From Verrucomicrobiota bacterium (GTDB lineage Bacteria; Verrucomicrobiota; Verrucomicrobiia; Opitutales; UBA953), in NCBI GenBank assembly GCA_046080425.1, contig JBJTTY010000100.1, positions 4,713 through 68,712 on the forward strand: a stretch of DNA of 64,000 nt, in the 5' to 3' direction. Below the pieces are notes generated by a model. It was not told where the DNA came from. It ran no database searches and was given only the letters and a program-made list of their open reading frames with translations. The position numbers and the translations under genes are program-made. This document shows, piece after piece, positions 20,297-29,337 of the stretch (positions within the stretch are counted from its first letter, which is position 1; each line of letters begins with the position of its first letter).

Positions 20297-21432
20297 GCCG
20301 TGACCGCCTCCGGGCGGTCGTAGGACGGATCCCAGTCCTTCCACACCGGCTCGTAGCCCGCGGCGCGCAGCATGGCCGCAATCTCCTCCGGCGCGCGATC
20401 GTCCTCGATCTCGAACTGCTCGAGCGAGGCCTCACGGCCCTCCGCGTAGCCGCCCGGGTTCGTGCGCGAGCCCGCGCTCATCGCCGTGACGCCGAGCCGG
20501 CAGGCGTGGTCGCGGAACCGGCGGCTCTCCCGCGTGCTGAGCGTCAGCTCCACCTCGCCGTGCAGCAGCCGGAACGCGCAGATCGCCTGGACCAGGTCTC
20601 GGTCGGTCATCTCGACCTTGGGCGTGAGCCCGCCTTCGTGCGGACGGATGCGCGGAAAGGAGACGCTGAAGCGGCTGCGCCAGTGCTTCTTCTCCAGCCA
20701 GAGCAGGTGCAGCGCGGTGAAGAAGCATTCCGCCCGCCAGTCCTCGAGCCCGAAGAGCGCGCCGAGCCCGATGCGGTGCACCCCGGCCGCGCCGACCCGG
20801 TCGGGCGCGTCGAGACGGTGCAGGAAGTCGGACTTGCGGCCCTTGGGATGGTGCGTCCCGTAGGTCTCGCGGTGGTAGGTCTCCTGGTAGACCAGCACCC
20901 CGTTGAGACCGAGCCGCCGGAGTTCGGCGTATTCCTCCGTCTCAAGCGGCTGGACCTCCATCGAGAGCGAGGAGAAGTGCGGGCGCAGTAGCGAGAGCGC
21001 CTCCCGGAAGTAGGGCAGGCCGACCTTGGTCGACTCCCCCGTGAGCAGCAGCACGTGCCCGAACCCCAGCCGCTTCAGCGCCCCGGCCTCGCGTAGGACC
21101 TCCGCCGGCGTGAGCGTGCGCCGCGCCACCTTGTTGCCGGCCGAGAAGCCGCAGTAGGTGCAGACGTTCTGGCATTCGTTGGAGAGGTAGGCCGGCGCGA
21201 AGAGCTGCATCGTGCGCCCGAAGCGGCGCACCGTGCGGGCCTGCGAGAGGCGCGCCATCTCCTCGAGCCGTCCCGCGGCGGCCGGCGAGAGGAGCGCCAC
21301 GAAGTCGTCGATTCCGGCCGAGCCCTCGGCCGCTCGCGTCAGCGCGCGGCGCACGTCGGCGTCGGAACAGGCGCCGATGCGGGCCAGCGCGCCCTCCCAG
21401 GAGTGTCCGGCGTGGACTTCGGCGAACGACAT
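20293..21432 (-). CDS. thiH: 2-iminoacetate synthase (radical SAM, ThiH type)
   Basis: 379 aa. Radical-SAM cluster motif CQNVCTYCGF. ThiH/BATS-like length and C-terminal region. Confidence 0.8.
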   Translation of the reverse strand: MSFAEVHAGHSWEGALARIGACSDADVRRALTRAAEGSAGIDDFVALLSPAAAGRLEEMARLSQARTVRRFGRTMQLFAPAYLSNECQNVCTYCGFSAGNKVARRTLTPAEVLREAGALKRLGFGHVLLLTGESTKVGLPYFREALSLLRPHFSSLSMEVQPLETEEYAELRRLGLNGVLVYQETYHRETYGTHHPKGRKSDFLHRLDAPDRVGAAGVHRIGLGALFGLEDWRAECFFTALHLLWLEKKHWRSRFSVSFPRIRPHEGGLTPKVEMTDRDLVQAICAFRLLHGEVELTLSTRESRRFRDHACRLGVTAMSAGSRTNPGGYAEGREASLEQFEIEDDRAPEEIAAMLRAAGYEPVWKDWDPSYDRPEAVTA

Positions 21433-21475
21433 CGTCGGGCGAACCTAGGGGCGGCGACGCAAAGCGCAAGGCGGG

Positions 21476-22959
21476 TCAGCGCGCCCGGTCCAGCTTCGCC
21501 TCCAGCCGGCGCGCCAGGCGCACGAAGGGCAGCCCGAGCAGCAGGTAGAACGCGGCCACCACGGCCCCGAGCAGGAAGTAGTCGTAATGCTGGGTGGCCA
21601 GGCGCTGGTAGGCGCCCGTGAGTTCGAGCAGGGTGATCATCGAGACCAGGGAGGAATCCTTGAGCAGGCTGATGAAGTCGTTGGTCATCGGAGGCACCGC
21701 CACACGGAGCGCCTGGGGCAGGACCACGTGGCGCAGCGCCTGGCCGCGCGACAGCCCGAGCGCCAGCGCGGCCTCCTCCTGTCCGCGGGGCACCCCGCGC
21801 AGCCCCGCCCGGAAGTTCTCGGACTCGTAGGCGGCGTAGTTGAGCCCCAGCGCGAGCACGCCCGCGACGAAGGGCGGCAGGCGGAGGCCGATTTCCGGCA
21901 GACCGTAGTAGAGGAACAGCGCCTGGATGAGGAGCGGCGTGCCGCGCACGGCCTCGACGTAGACCGTGCAGACGAATCCCAGCGGACGCGGGCCGAACGC
22001 GCGGCCGGTTGCGAGGGCGAGTCCGAGGCCCACCGCGAGCACCATCGCGCAGGCGGAGAGCGTGAGGGTGGTTAGGGCGCCGCGACCGAGCAGGGCGAGG
22101 GACTCCGCGGAGAAGTAGCGGGCGAGCTTCTCCGTCCATGGCGTGGAGGCGCGGGCGCGGGCGACGTATTCCAGGTAGCCCGTGGGAGGCCCGTCGGGCT
22201 CGGGCGGCTGGTTGAGGAGAGCGGCCTGGGCGGGCCCCCAGAGGTCCCACCTTGATAGGATGCGCCGGAGCGTGCCGTCGGCCGTCATACCCGCGAGCGC
22301 CGTGTCGACCTCGCGCTTGAGCGGGGACCCTTTGGGCAGCGCGACGCCATAGCGGAACTCCCCGACCGGTCCGCCCACGAGCTCGAGGCGCGGGTCGGGT
22401 CCCGCGTAGTACTTGGCGATGGGGAAATCGAGGAGCACAGCGTCGAGACGGCCGGCGGCGAGGTCGGCGTAGGCCTGCAACTCCTGGGCGTATTTCACCG
22501 CGGTGACGCCGGGCGTGCGTTCGAGCAGTTCAAGCGCGAGCGTCTGTCCGAGGGTGCCGACGCGTCGTCCGGCGAGCTCTCCGAGCGAGCGCATTCCGGC
22601 TTCGCCGCGCCGGACCACGATCTGCTCGTAGCCCCGGAAGTAGGGGATGGAGAAGTCGACCGACCGCGCCCGGTCGTCGCTGATCTCGATTCCGTTGATC
22701 GCCAGGTCGTACGAGCCCGTCTGGAGCCCCGGGATGAGCCCGTCCCAGTCGTTGCGCACGTGCACGGCGCGCCGGCCCATCCGGCGGGCGACCTCGTCGA
22801 TCAGCTCCTTCTCGAAGCCCGCCAGCGCGTCGGACTCGTCGGGGTGGAAGGCGAAGGGCACGTTGCCGTCGGAGGCGGCGCCCCAGCGCAGCGTGCGTTC
22901 CTGGGCGAGGCCCGCCGACCCGGCGAGCAGCGCCAGCAGCAGGAGCAGCGGGCGGACGC

Positions 22960-22963
<4 letters not shown>
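21476..22963 (-). CDS. Polar amino-acid ABC transporter, fused periplasmic substrate-binding domain + permease
   Basis: 495 aa. Signal peptide MSVRPLLLLLALLAGSAGLA, family-3 SBP region (about aa 25-250), then HEQRo-type permease with the EAVRGTPLLIQ motif. Confidence 0.85.
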
Positions 22964-23673
<710 letters not shown>

Positions 23674-23716
23674 GCGGGCAGGATGGCGGCGGCGACCGCC
23701 ACGGTCAACCGGACGC

Positions 23717-24097
23717 TCAGAGGACCGCCGCGTAGGCCGCGGCGTCGAGCAGGCCTGCCACCGAGGACGGGTCGGCGAGGCGCACGCGGATCATCCAGGC
23801 GCCGGCGTAGGGCTCGCGGTTCACGAGGTCGGGCGAGCCGTCGAGGGCCGAATTGGACTCGATGACCTCGCAGGCCACCGGCGCGTAGAGGTCGGAGGCG
23901 GCCTTGACCGACTCGACCGTGCCGAACGTGTCCCCCGCGGCGAACTTCGCGCCGGCCTTGGGCAGGTCGACGTAGGTGACGTCGCCGAGGGCCGACTGCG
24001 CGTGGTCGGTGATGCCGATCTCCGCGGTGCCGTCGGGCCGCATCCGGATCCATTCGTGCTCCTTGGTGTAGCGGAGGTCGGCGGGGACTTGGCTCAT
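23717..24097 (-). CDS. gcvH: Glycine cleavage system H protein
   Basis: ATG at 24097 gives 126 aa starting MSQVPADLRYTKEHEWI. Lipoyl-lysine context VESVKAASD. Confidence 0.9.
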   Translation of the reverse strand: MSQVPADLRYTKEHEWIRMRPDGTAEIGITDHAQSALGDVTYVDLPKAGAKFAAGDTFGTVESVKAASDLYAPVACEVIESNSALDGSPDLVNREPYAGAWMIRVRLADPSSVAGLLDAAAYAAVL

Positions 24098-24137
24098 GGT
24101 GGGCGGAGTAGGGGAGCGGTGACTTCGTTTCAACCCT

Positions 24138-25229
24138 TCACTTCACGAAGGGACCGGCGGAGAGGACCATCGGCACCCGGTGGCCCCGGATGTCGACCGT
24201 CAGCCCGCCCGCGGCCGCCTGTCCGGCCGCGACCAGCGCCGAGCCGATCGGCTTGCCGAGCGTCGGGGACTGCGTGCCGGAGAGCACTTCGCCGACCCTG
24301 AGGTCGCCCGCGAAGACCGCGGCGCCCTGGCGGGCGATGCGCCGGTCATCGAGGGAGAAGAGCGTGACCGATGAGGCGGGGCCTCCCTCGGCCTGACGCC
24401 GCAGCGCCTCGCGTCCGATGAAGTCGGGCTTGGAGAACTTCACCGCCCAGCCGAGCCCCGCCTGGATCGGGGAGATCGTCTCCGAGATCTCGTGGCCGTA
24501 GAGCGGGTAGCCGGCTTCGAGCCGGAGCGAGTCGCGCGCGCCGAGTCCCACGGGGATGAGGCCGAGCGGCCGGCCCGCCTCGAGCAGCGCCCGCGCGACC
24601 GGTACGGCGGCTTCGGCGGGCAGGTAGATTTCGAAGCCGGGCGAGCCGGTGTAGCCCGTCCGCGAGACGACGCAGCCCGGCGCCCCGGCGACGACGCCTT
24701 CGGCGAAGGCGAAGCGGCGCAGGCCGGCGAGGGGCAGGGCGGTGACCTTGGACAGGATCTCCTCCGCCTTCGGCCCCTGGAGCGCCAGCTGCGCCCAGCG
24801 CGGGCATTCGTCGATGACCTCGACCGCGAGCCCTTGGGCGTGCGTCCGCAGCCAGGCGATGTCCTTGGCGGCGTTGGACGCATTGAGGCAGATGAAGAAC
24901 TCCGCGTCGCCCATCCGGTAGACAATCACGTCGTCGACGCAGCCGCCGTCGGGCAGGCACATTACCGTGTAGCGGGCGTGGCCGGCGCGCAGCGAGGCCA
25001 TCTCATTGGTCATCACGTGGTCGAGCAGCCTCACGGCGTCGGCGCCGCGCACGCGGGCCTCGCCCATGTGGGAGACGTCGAACAGCCCGCAGGCGCGCCG
25101 CACCGCGTGGTGCTCCTCGATGATGCCCGAATACTGCACTGGCATCTCCCAGCCGGCGAAGGGCACCAGACGCGCGCCGAGCTCGACGTGCAGCGGGTGG
25201 AGGGGCGTGCGGGAGAGCGTGTCCGACAT
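24138..25229 (-). CDS. gcvT: Glycine cleavage system aminomethyltransferase T
   Basis: ATG at 25229 gives 363 aa starting [33 protein letters not shown], a typical GcvT N terminus. Confidence 0.9.
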   Translation of the reverse strand: MSDTLSRTPLHPLHVELGARLVPFAGWEMPVQYSGIIEEHHAVRRACGLFDVSHMGEARVRGADAVRLLDHVMTNEMASLRAGHARYTVMCLPDGGCVDDVIVYRMGDAEFFICLNASNAAKDIAWLRTHAQGLAVEVIDECPRWAQLALQGPKAEEILSKVTALPLAGLRRFAFAEGVVAGAPGCVVSRTGYTGSPGFEIYLPAEAAVPVARALLEAGRPLGLIPVGLGARDSLRLEAGYPLYGHEISETISPIQAGLGWAVKFSKPDFIGREALRRQAEGGPASSVTLFSLDDRRIARQGAAVFAGDLRVGEVLSGTQSPTLGKPIGSALVAAGQAAAGGLTVDIRGHRVPMVLSAGPFVK

Positions 25230-25265
25230 GCCTTCAACGTGCGGGCCGCGTCTCCGGCTTCCAAT

Positions 25266-25302
25266 CAAAACCAAAGAAAAAGCCCGGCGGTGAGGCCGGG
25301 CT
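25266..25302 (-). terminator. Rho-independent terminator downstream of the PEGA lipoprotein gene
   Basis: The minus strand reads AGCCCGGC-CTCACC-GCCGGGCT followed by TTTTTCTTTGGTTTTG. It starts about 22 nt after the stop at 25325. Confidence 0.65.
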
Positions 25303-25324
25303 TCCGGGTCGGCTCAGCGCCGTG

Positions 25325-26743
25325 TCATTCGCCGAGCTTCTTGCGCAGGGCGGCGAGCTGCTCCGCATACTCCTCCTCGGTGATCGTCTTCGCGCGGCGG
25401 CGGGATTCCAGGAGGGCGAAGCGGGCGGAGAACTCGGCGGCGGCGGCCTTCGCGGCGGCGGCCTTCGCGGCGTCCGCCGCCTCCTTGGCCTTGGCGACTT
25501 CCTGTTCGGCGACCTTGGTGGCTTCGGCGGCCTTGGCTTCCGCGGCGGCCTTGGCTTCCGCCGCCGCTGCGGCGGCTTCGGCGACCTTGGCTTCCGCGGC
25601 CTTCATGGCCTCGGTCTTGGTTTCTTCGGCGGCAAGGCGGGCCTTGGCGACTTCCTGTTCGGCGACCTTGGTGGCTTCGGCGGCCTTGGCTTCCGCGGCG
25701 GCCTTGGCTTCCGCCGTCGCTGCGGCGGCTTCGGCGACCTTGGCTTCGGCGGCCTTCATGGCCTCGGTCTTGGTTTCCTCAGCGGCAAGGCGGGCCTTGG
25801 CAACTTCCTGTTCGGCGACCTTGGCGGCTTCGGCGGCCTTGGCGTCGGCGGCGAGGGCGGCGGTCTTGGCGTCGGCCTCGGCCTTGGCGGCGGCATCGGC
25901 CTTCTTGCGGGCTTCGGCGGCGGCCTTGTTGGCGGCGGCGAGCTTGGCTTCGGCGGCCTTGGCCTTGCCTTCGGCGGCGGCGGCGGCGTCCTTGGCGGCC
26001 TTGGCCTCGGCGGCAGACTTAGCGTCAGAATTCTTGCTGGCGGCGGCGAGCTTGGCCTCGGCGTCGGCCTTGGCGGCGACGAGTTCCTCGCGGGCCCTGG
26101 CGGCGGCTGTCTTCTGCTCCTCGAGCGCCTTCTGGACCTGGGCGAGCTCCTTGGCCGTCTCGGCCTTGGCGGCGCCGCGGTTGACGTCCACCTGCTTCTC
26201 GAGCTCGGCGGCGCGGGCGGCCAGGGACTTCAGCGCGGATTCATAATTCTGCTTGGCCTCGGGCGTCTTGGGCTGGACGGCGGGATCCTGCATGCGACGG
26301 GCCGACTCGGCCACGCCGGCGAGGTCGGCCTTGATGCCGGAGCTCTCGTCGGTGGTGTCGCCGTTGGCGCGCTTCACGAGCTTCTTGAATTCCGCGGTGT
26401 CCTGTTCGGGCACGGTCACGTCGCCCGCACCGGGCACCTTGGTGAGGGTGAACTGGATCGTCTCAGGGAAGCCGAACTCGACGCCCTTCTTGGTGTTGAT
26501 CGCCTTGGGGCGGATGGTCGCCGTCTCGGTGACGAAGCCGCCCTTGCCCACGCTCATCTCATAGGTCTTGGTGCGGTCAAGGGTGACTTTGGTCGGCGTA
26601 CGGCCGACCGCTTCGCCGTTGAGCCGGACAGCGGCGGCGGTGGGGTTGGACGTCACCGTGACCGTGTCGGAGAGATTGGAGTCCGAGGTCGAGCAGCCTA
26701 CGAGGCCGGCGCAGAGGACGAGAAGCGGTGCGGAGAGACGCAT
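25325..26743 (-). CDS. PEGA-domain lipoprotein with long Ala/Lys/Glu-rich coiled-coil region and SHOCT-like C terminus
   Basis: ATG at 26743 gives MRLSAPLLVLCAGLVGC (lipobox LVGC). PEGA-like VTVTSNPTAAAVRLNGEAVGRTPTKVTL, then about 300 aa of A/K/E repeats. C-terminal RRRAKTITEEEYAEQLAALRKKL resembles SHOCT. Confidence 0.8.
   Translation of the reverse strand: MRLSAPLLVLCAGLVGCSTSDSNLSDTVTVTSNPTAAAVRLNGEAVGRTPTKVTLDRTKTYEMSVGKGGFVTETATIRPKAINTKKGVEFGFPETIQFTLTKVPGAGDVTVPEQDTAEFKKLVKRANGDTTDESSGIKADLAGVAESARRMQDPAVQPKTPEAKQNYESALKSLAARAAELEKQVDVNRGAAKAETAKELAQVQKALEEQKTAAARAREELVAAKADAEAKLAAASKNSDAKSAAEAKAAKDAAAAAEGKAKAAEAKLAAANKAAAEARKKADAAAKAEADAKTAALAADAKAAEAAKVAEQEVAKARLAAEETKTEAMKAAEAKVAEAAAATAEAKAAAEAKAAEATKVAEQEVAKARLAAEETKTEAMKAAEAKVAEAAAAAAEAKAAAEAKAAEATKVAEQEVAKAKEAADAAKAAAAKAAAAEFSARFALLESRRRAKTITEEEYAEQLAALRKKLGE
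25489..25828 (-). repeat. In-frame 153-bp (51-aa) tandem repeat, about 2.2 copies, inside the PEGA lipoprotein gene
   Basis: TTGGCGACTTCCTGTTCGGCGACCTTGGTGGC recurs at 25491 and 25644, with a variant at 25797. The encoded unit is A(T/A)KVAEQEVAKARLAAEETKTEAMKAAEAKVAEAAAA(T/A)AEAKAAAEAKAAE. Confidence 0.9.
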
Positions 26744-26864
26744 GGGGACTTGGGTCTGGGGAGGATTAATTGCGTTCAAAACGGCCGTGGACTCAACCCC
26801 TAAAACGCCCTACCCGGGGTTGACACCCCCGCTCTGTGAACAACCCTTCTGGAGCCTCGGAAAA

Positions 26865-26937
26865 GCCAGCATAGCTCAGTTGGTAGAGCAGCCGCCTTGT
26901 AAGCGGCAGGTCGTCGGTTCGACCCCGACTGCTGGCT
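26865..26937 (+). tRNA. tRNA-Thr (anticodon UGU)
   Basis: Hand-folded cloverleaf: acceptor GCCAGCA/TGCTGGC, D arm GCTC-AGTTGGTA-GAGC, anticodon arm GCCGC-CTTGTAA-GCGGC, T arm GTCGG-TTCGACC-CCGAC, discriminator T. CCA is not encoded. Confidence 0.9.
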
Positions 26938-26950
26938 CCGGGGAGTCTTT

Positions 26951-27799
26951 TCAGCGGATGCGCCCCGCCCTCAGGGCGTCGGCCATCCGCACGTACGGCC
27001 GCATCCGGGCCACGTCATGGACGCGCACCATCGAGCAGCCTTGGGCGACGCCCCAAGCCGCGGTCGCGACATTGCCCTCATGGCGGTCCAGCGGGGATTC
27101 GCGTCCGAGCACGAGACCCAGGGTGGACTTGCGGCTGGTGCCGAGCAGCACCGGATGGCCGAGGGCCGTCACCCTCGCCAGATTCCTGACCAGCTGCAGG
27201 TTCTGGTCGGGCGTCTTGCCGAAGCCGAAGCCGGGGTCGGTCCAGATCTGTTCGGGCTTCACCCCTTCGTGAAGCGCACGGCGGACTGAGTCGCGCAGGT
27301 CGGCCAGCATTTCCGGCCAGAAGTCGACGTAGTCGGCCGTCCTGCGGCGGTGCATCAGGATGAGCGGGCAGCGCAGCTCGGCGCAGACCGCGCCCATCGG
27401 CGAGCCCTTCGCGCCGGCTTCATGCCGTCCTCCTTCGACGTCGTTCACGATGTCCGCTCCCGCCTCGACGCAGGCGCGTGCGGTCGCGGCCCTGTAGGTG
27501 TCGACGGACAGGGCGACATCCGGGAGCCTTTTCCGGATGGCGCGGACCGCGGGCAGCAGCCGGCTCAGCTCCGTCGCGGCGTCGACCGGTTCGGCTCCGG
27601 GTCTGGTCGACTCTCCGCCCACGTCGATCACGTCGGCCCCCTCCTTCACCAGCGCCTCCGCCCGTTCGGCCGCGGCTTCCGGCGTGGACGCCAGCCCGCC
27701 GTCGGAGAAGGAGTCCGGCGTCACGTTGAGCACTCCCATCAGCAGGGTGCGCGCACGCCAGTCGGGCAGGGAAGTTCCATGCGGGCTGCTCCAGGACAT
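26951..27799 (-). CDS. folP: Dihydropteroate synthase
   Basis: ATG at 27799 gives 282 aa. LMGVLNVTPDSFSDGG, DVGGESTRPG and GTSRKS blocks. Confidence 0.9.
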   Translation of the reverse strand: MSWSSPHGTSLPDWRARTLLMGVLNVTPDSFSDGGLASTPEAAAERAEALVKEGADVIDVGGESTRPGAEPVDAATELSRLLPAVRAIRKRLPDVALSVDTYRAATARACVEAGADIVNDVEGGRHEAGAKGSPMGAVCAELRCPLILMHRRRTADYVDFWPEMLADLRDSVRRALHEGVKPEQIWTDPGFGFGKTPDQNLQLVRNLARVTALGHPVLLGTSRKSTLGLVLGRESPLDRHEGNVATAAWGVAQGCSMVRVHDVARMRPYVRMADALRAGRIR

Positions 27800-27855
27800 C
27801 GGTGCTTCCACCAGTGAGCGTGACTCGTCCCCTGCGCAACCCCTGACCCGCTTCT

Positions 27856-27927
27856 CAGTAATAAGGCACCATGATAGCATCTATTAAACACAAAGCCATG
27901 ATAATCAGTTGTTTATGATGCGAAAAT
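27856..27927. promoter_or_regulatory. AT-rich island in the folP / cox divergent spacer (putative promoter/operator region)
   Basis: About 70 nt of locally AT-rich sequence in a GC-rich context. Direct repeat CCATGATA at 27869-27876 and 27896-27903, partial TTATGATG at 27913-27920, and TATTAAAC at 27882-27889. Confidence 0.35.
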
Positions 27928-28032
27928 CCCGGATGCCCTTTTCTTGGGGTCATGGGAGGCGCCCATAGGGAGGTGCGGCTTGCAACCCCCCGCTTTTCTC
28001 GATGTTTAACGTCTGATTTACTTTCGACTCCC

Positions 28033-29316
28033 ATGCTGTCCCGTTTCTTCGCCAGAGTCGGCCTTCTGGTTCTCCCGGTCATCGCCCTGCTGACCGCCGG
28101 CTGTTCGGAGGCGGACCTCAGGGTGCGCCAGTCGACCTTCGACCATAAGGGGCCGGTCGCGCGGCTGCAGTACGAGGTCTTCATGGACTCGGTCTACGTC
28201 GTGACCGTGCTCTTCGCCGTCGTCGGAGGCCTGCTCGTCTACGCGGTGATCCGATTCCGCGCCCGTCCCGGTGACGAGAACAAGCCCGCCATCGTCGAAG
28301 ATGGGCACGGCAACCCCGTGACCGAGATCCTGCTCATCGTCGCCTCCATCGGCGCCCTGGTCTTCCTAGCCATCCCGACCCTGAAGGGCATCTGGTACAC
28401 CGACGACGTGCCGGAGGAGCTCGTGCCCGCCGCCCGTCTCTCCGCCTGGTATCCGCGCGCCGAGGGCGGCGTCGAGAACTACGCCGATGCGGTCAAGGAC
28501 CAGGTCCTCGAGGTCGACGTCGTCGGCAAGCAGTGGTGGTTCCGCTTTGAGTATCCGCAGCTCGGCCTCACCAATGACGGCCGCCGCAGCGTGCCCAACG
28601 AGCTCGTCATCCCGCGGGGGATTCCCGTGCGCATCAACCTGAGGTCCGAGGACGTCATCCATTCCTTCTGGATTCCCAAGGTCGCCGGCAAGGTCGACCT
28701 CATGCCCGGCCGTCGCAACCGCATGTGGATCCAGGCCGACGAGGCTGGCCACTACTACGGCCAGTGCGCGGAGTTCTGCGGCGACTCCCACGCCTACATG
28801 CTCTTCCGCGTCGAGGTCGTCGAGCCCGCCGAGTTCGCCCGCTGGGTGCGCGCCCAGAAGAAGGACGCGGCCGAGCCCGCCGCCGGCAGCAAGGCCGCCG
28901 AGGGCAAGGCCCTCTTCGCCGCCAAGACCTGCGCGATGTGCCACAACGTCGGCGGCCACTTCGGTGCCGGCGCCTTCGGCCCCGACCTGACCCACGTCGC
29001 CTCCCGCAAGGCCCTCGCTGGCGCATGGCTGGACAACCGCGACCCCGCCGCGCAGCAGGCCGCCGTGGCTGCGGCCGGCGGCAACACCGAGGCCTCCGCG
29101 CCCGTCGACCGCGCCGTGCAGAAGGCGAACCTCATCAAGTGGATCGGCTCCTCCGGCGTGCGGCATGGCGACGGCGAGGCGACCCGCGACGTCAAGCCCG
29201 GCAACCGCATGCACTATTACAAGATGTTCAACGTGGCGGGCCTCAACGAGACCCGGACCCAGCTGACCCCGGCGGAACTCGACGCCCTCGCCGAGTACCT
29301 GCTCACCCTCAAGTAA
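28033..29316 (+). CDS. coxB: Cytochrome c oxidase subunit II with C-terminal fused cytochrome c domain (caa3 type)
   Basis: ATG at 28033 gives MLSRFFARVGLLVLPVIALLTAGC (lipoprotein-like signal). CuA motif CAEFCGDSHAYM and heme c motif CAMCH. Confidence 0.9.
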   Translation: MLSRFFARVGLLVLPVIALLTAGCSEADLRVRQSTFDHKGPVARLQYEVFMDSVYVVTVLFAVVGGLLVYAVIRFRARPGDENKPAIVEDGHGNPVTEILLIVASIGALVFLAIPTLKGIWYTDDVPEELVPAARLSAWYPRAEGGVENYADAVKDQVLEVDVVGKQWWFRFEYPQLGLTNDGRRSVPNELVIPRGIPVRINLRSEDVIHSFWIPKVAGKVDLMPGRRNRMWIQADEAGHYYGQCAEFCGDSHAYMLFRVEVVEPAEFARWVRAQKKDAAEPAAGSKAAEGKALFAAKTCAMCHNVGGHFGAGAFGPDLTHVASRKALAGAWLDNRDPAAQQAAVAAAGGNTEASAPVDRAVQKANLIKWIGSSGVRHGDGEATRDVKPGNRMHYYKMFNVAGLNETRTQLTPAELDALAEYLLTLK

Positions 29317-29337
29317 CCCCCTTACCGATCCCTCGCG

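Noticed and set aside
20276-20345. Apparent 1-nt register disagreement (possible frameshift) at the thiH / rsmE junction when hand-translating the printed sequence
   Set aside because: Both ORFs in the supplied track are continuous through this region and give family-consistent proteins. The discrepancy is most likely my own base-counting error, so no pseudogene or frameshift is claimed.
21433-21475. TPP riboswitch upstream of thiH
   Set aside because: The spacer is only 43 nt, which is too short for a THI-box aptamer, and no CTGAGA/ACCTGA-like core is visible.
25230-25324. Glycine riboswitch upstream of gcvT
   Set aside because: Only 95 nt are available, and roughly 40 of them are taken by the upstream gene's terminator. 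I could not find the conserved GGAGAG...CACCG / CTCTGGAGAG-type aptamer cores by eye. A cmsearch with the Rfam glycine model would be decisive.
25322-26803. 493-aa Gly/Leu-rich + strand ORF opposite the PEGA lipoprotein gene
   Set aside because: It is the mirror image of GCC/GCG/AAG/GAG codon repeats. It has no signal or motif of its own, whereas the minus-strand product has a lipobox, a PEGA domain and a terminator.
26819-26864. Sigma70-type promoter for tRNA-Thr (TTGACA at about 26819)
   Set aside because: A good -35 hexamer is present, but I found no acceptable -10 hexamer at 16-18 nt spacing. That is too weak to call.
26865-26950. tRNA-Thr as a genomic-island integration site
   Set aside because: There is no integrase, no direct repeat of the tRNA 3' end and no compositional break nearby. 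The flanking genes are folP and a lipoprotein with native-looking composition.
27869-27903. FNR/CRP-type TTGAT-N4-ATCAA box in the cox upstream AT island
   Set aside because: The closest candidate (ATGATAGCATCTAT) matches the consensus poorly. The sequence is kept only as a generic direct-repeat observation.
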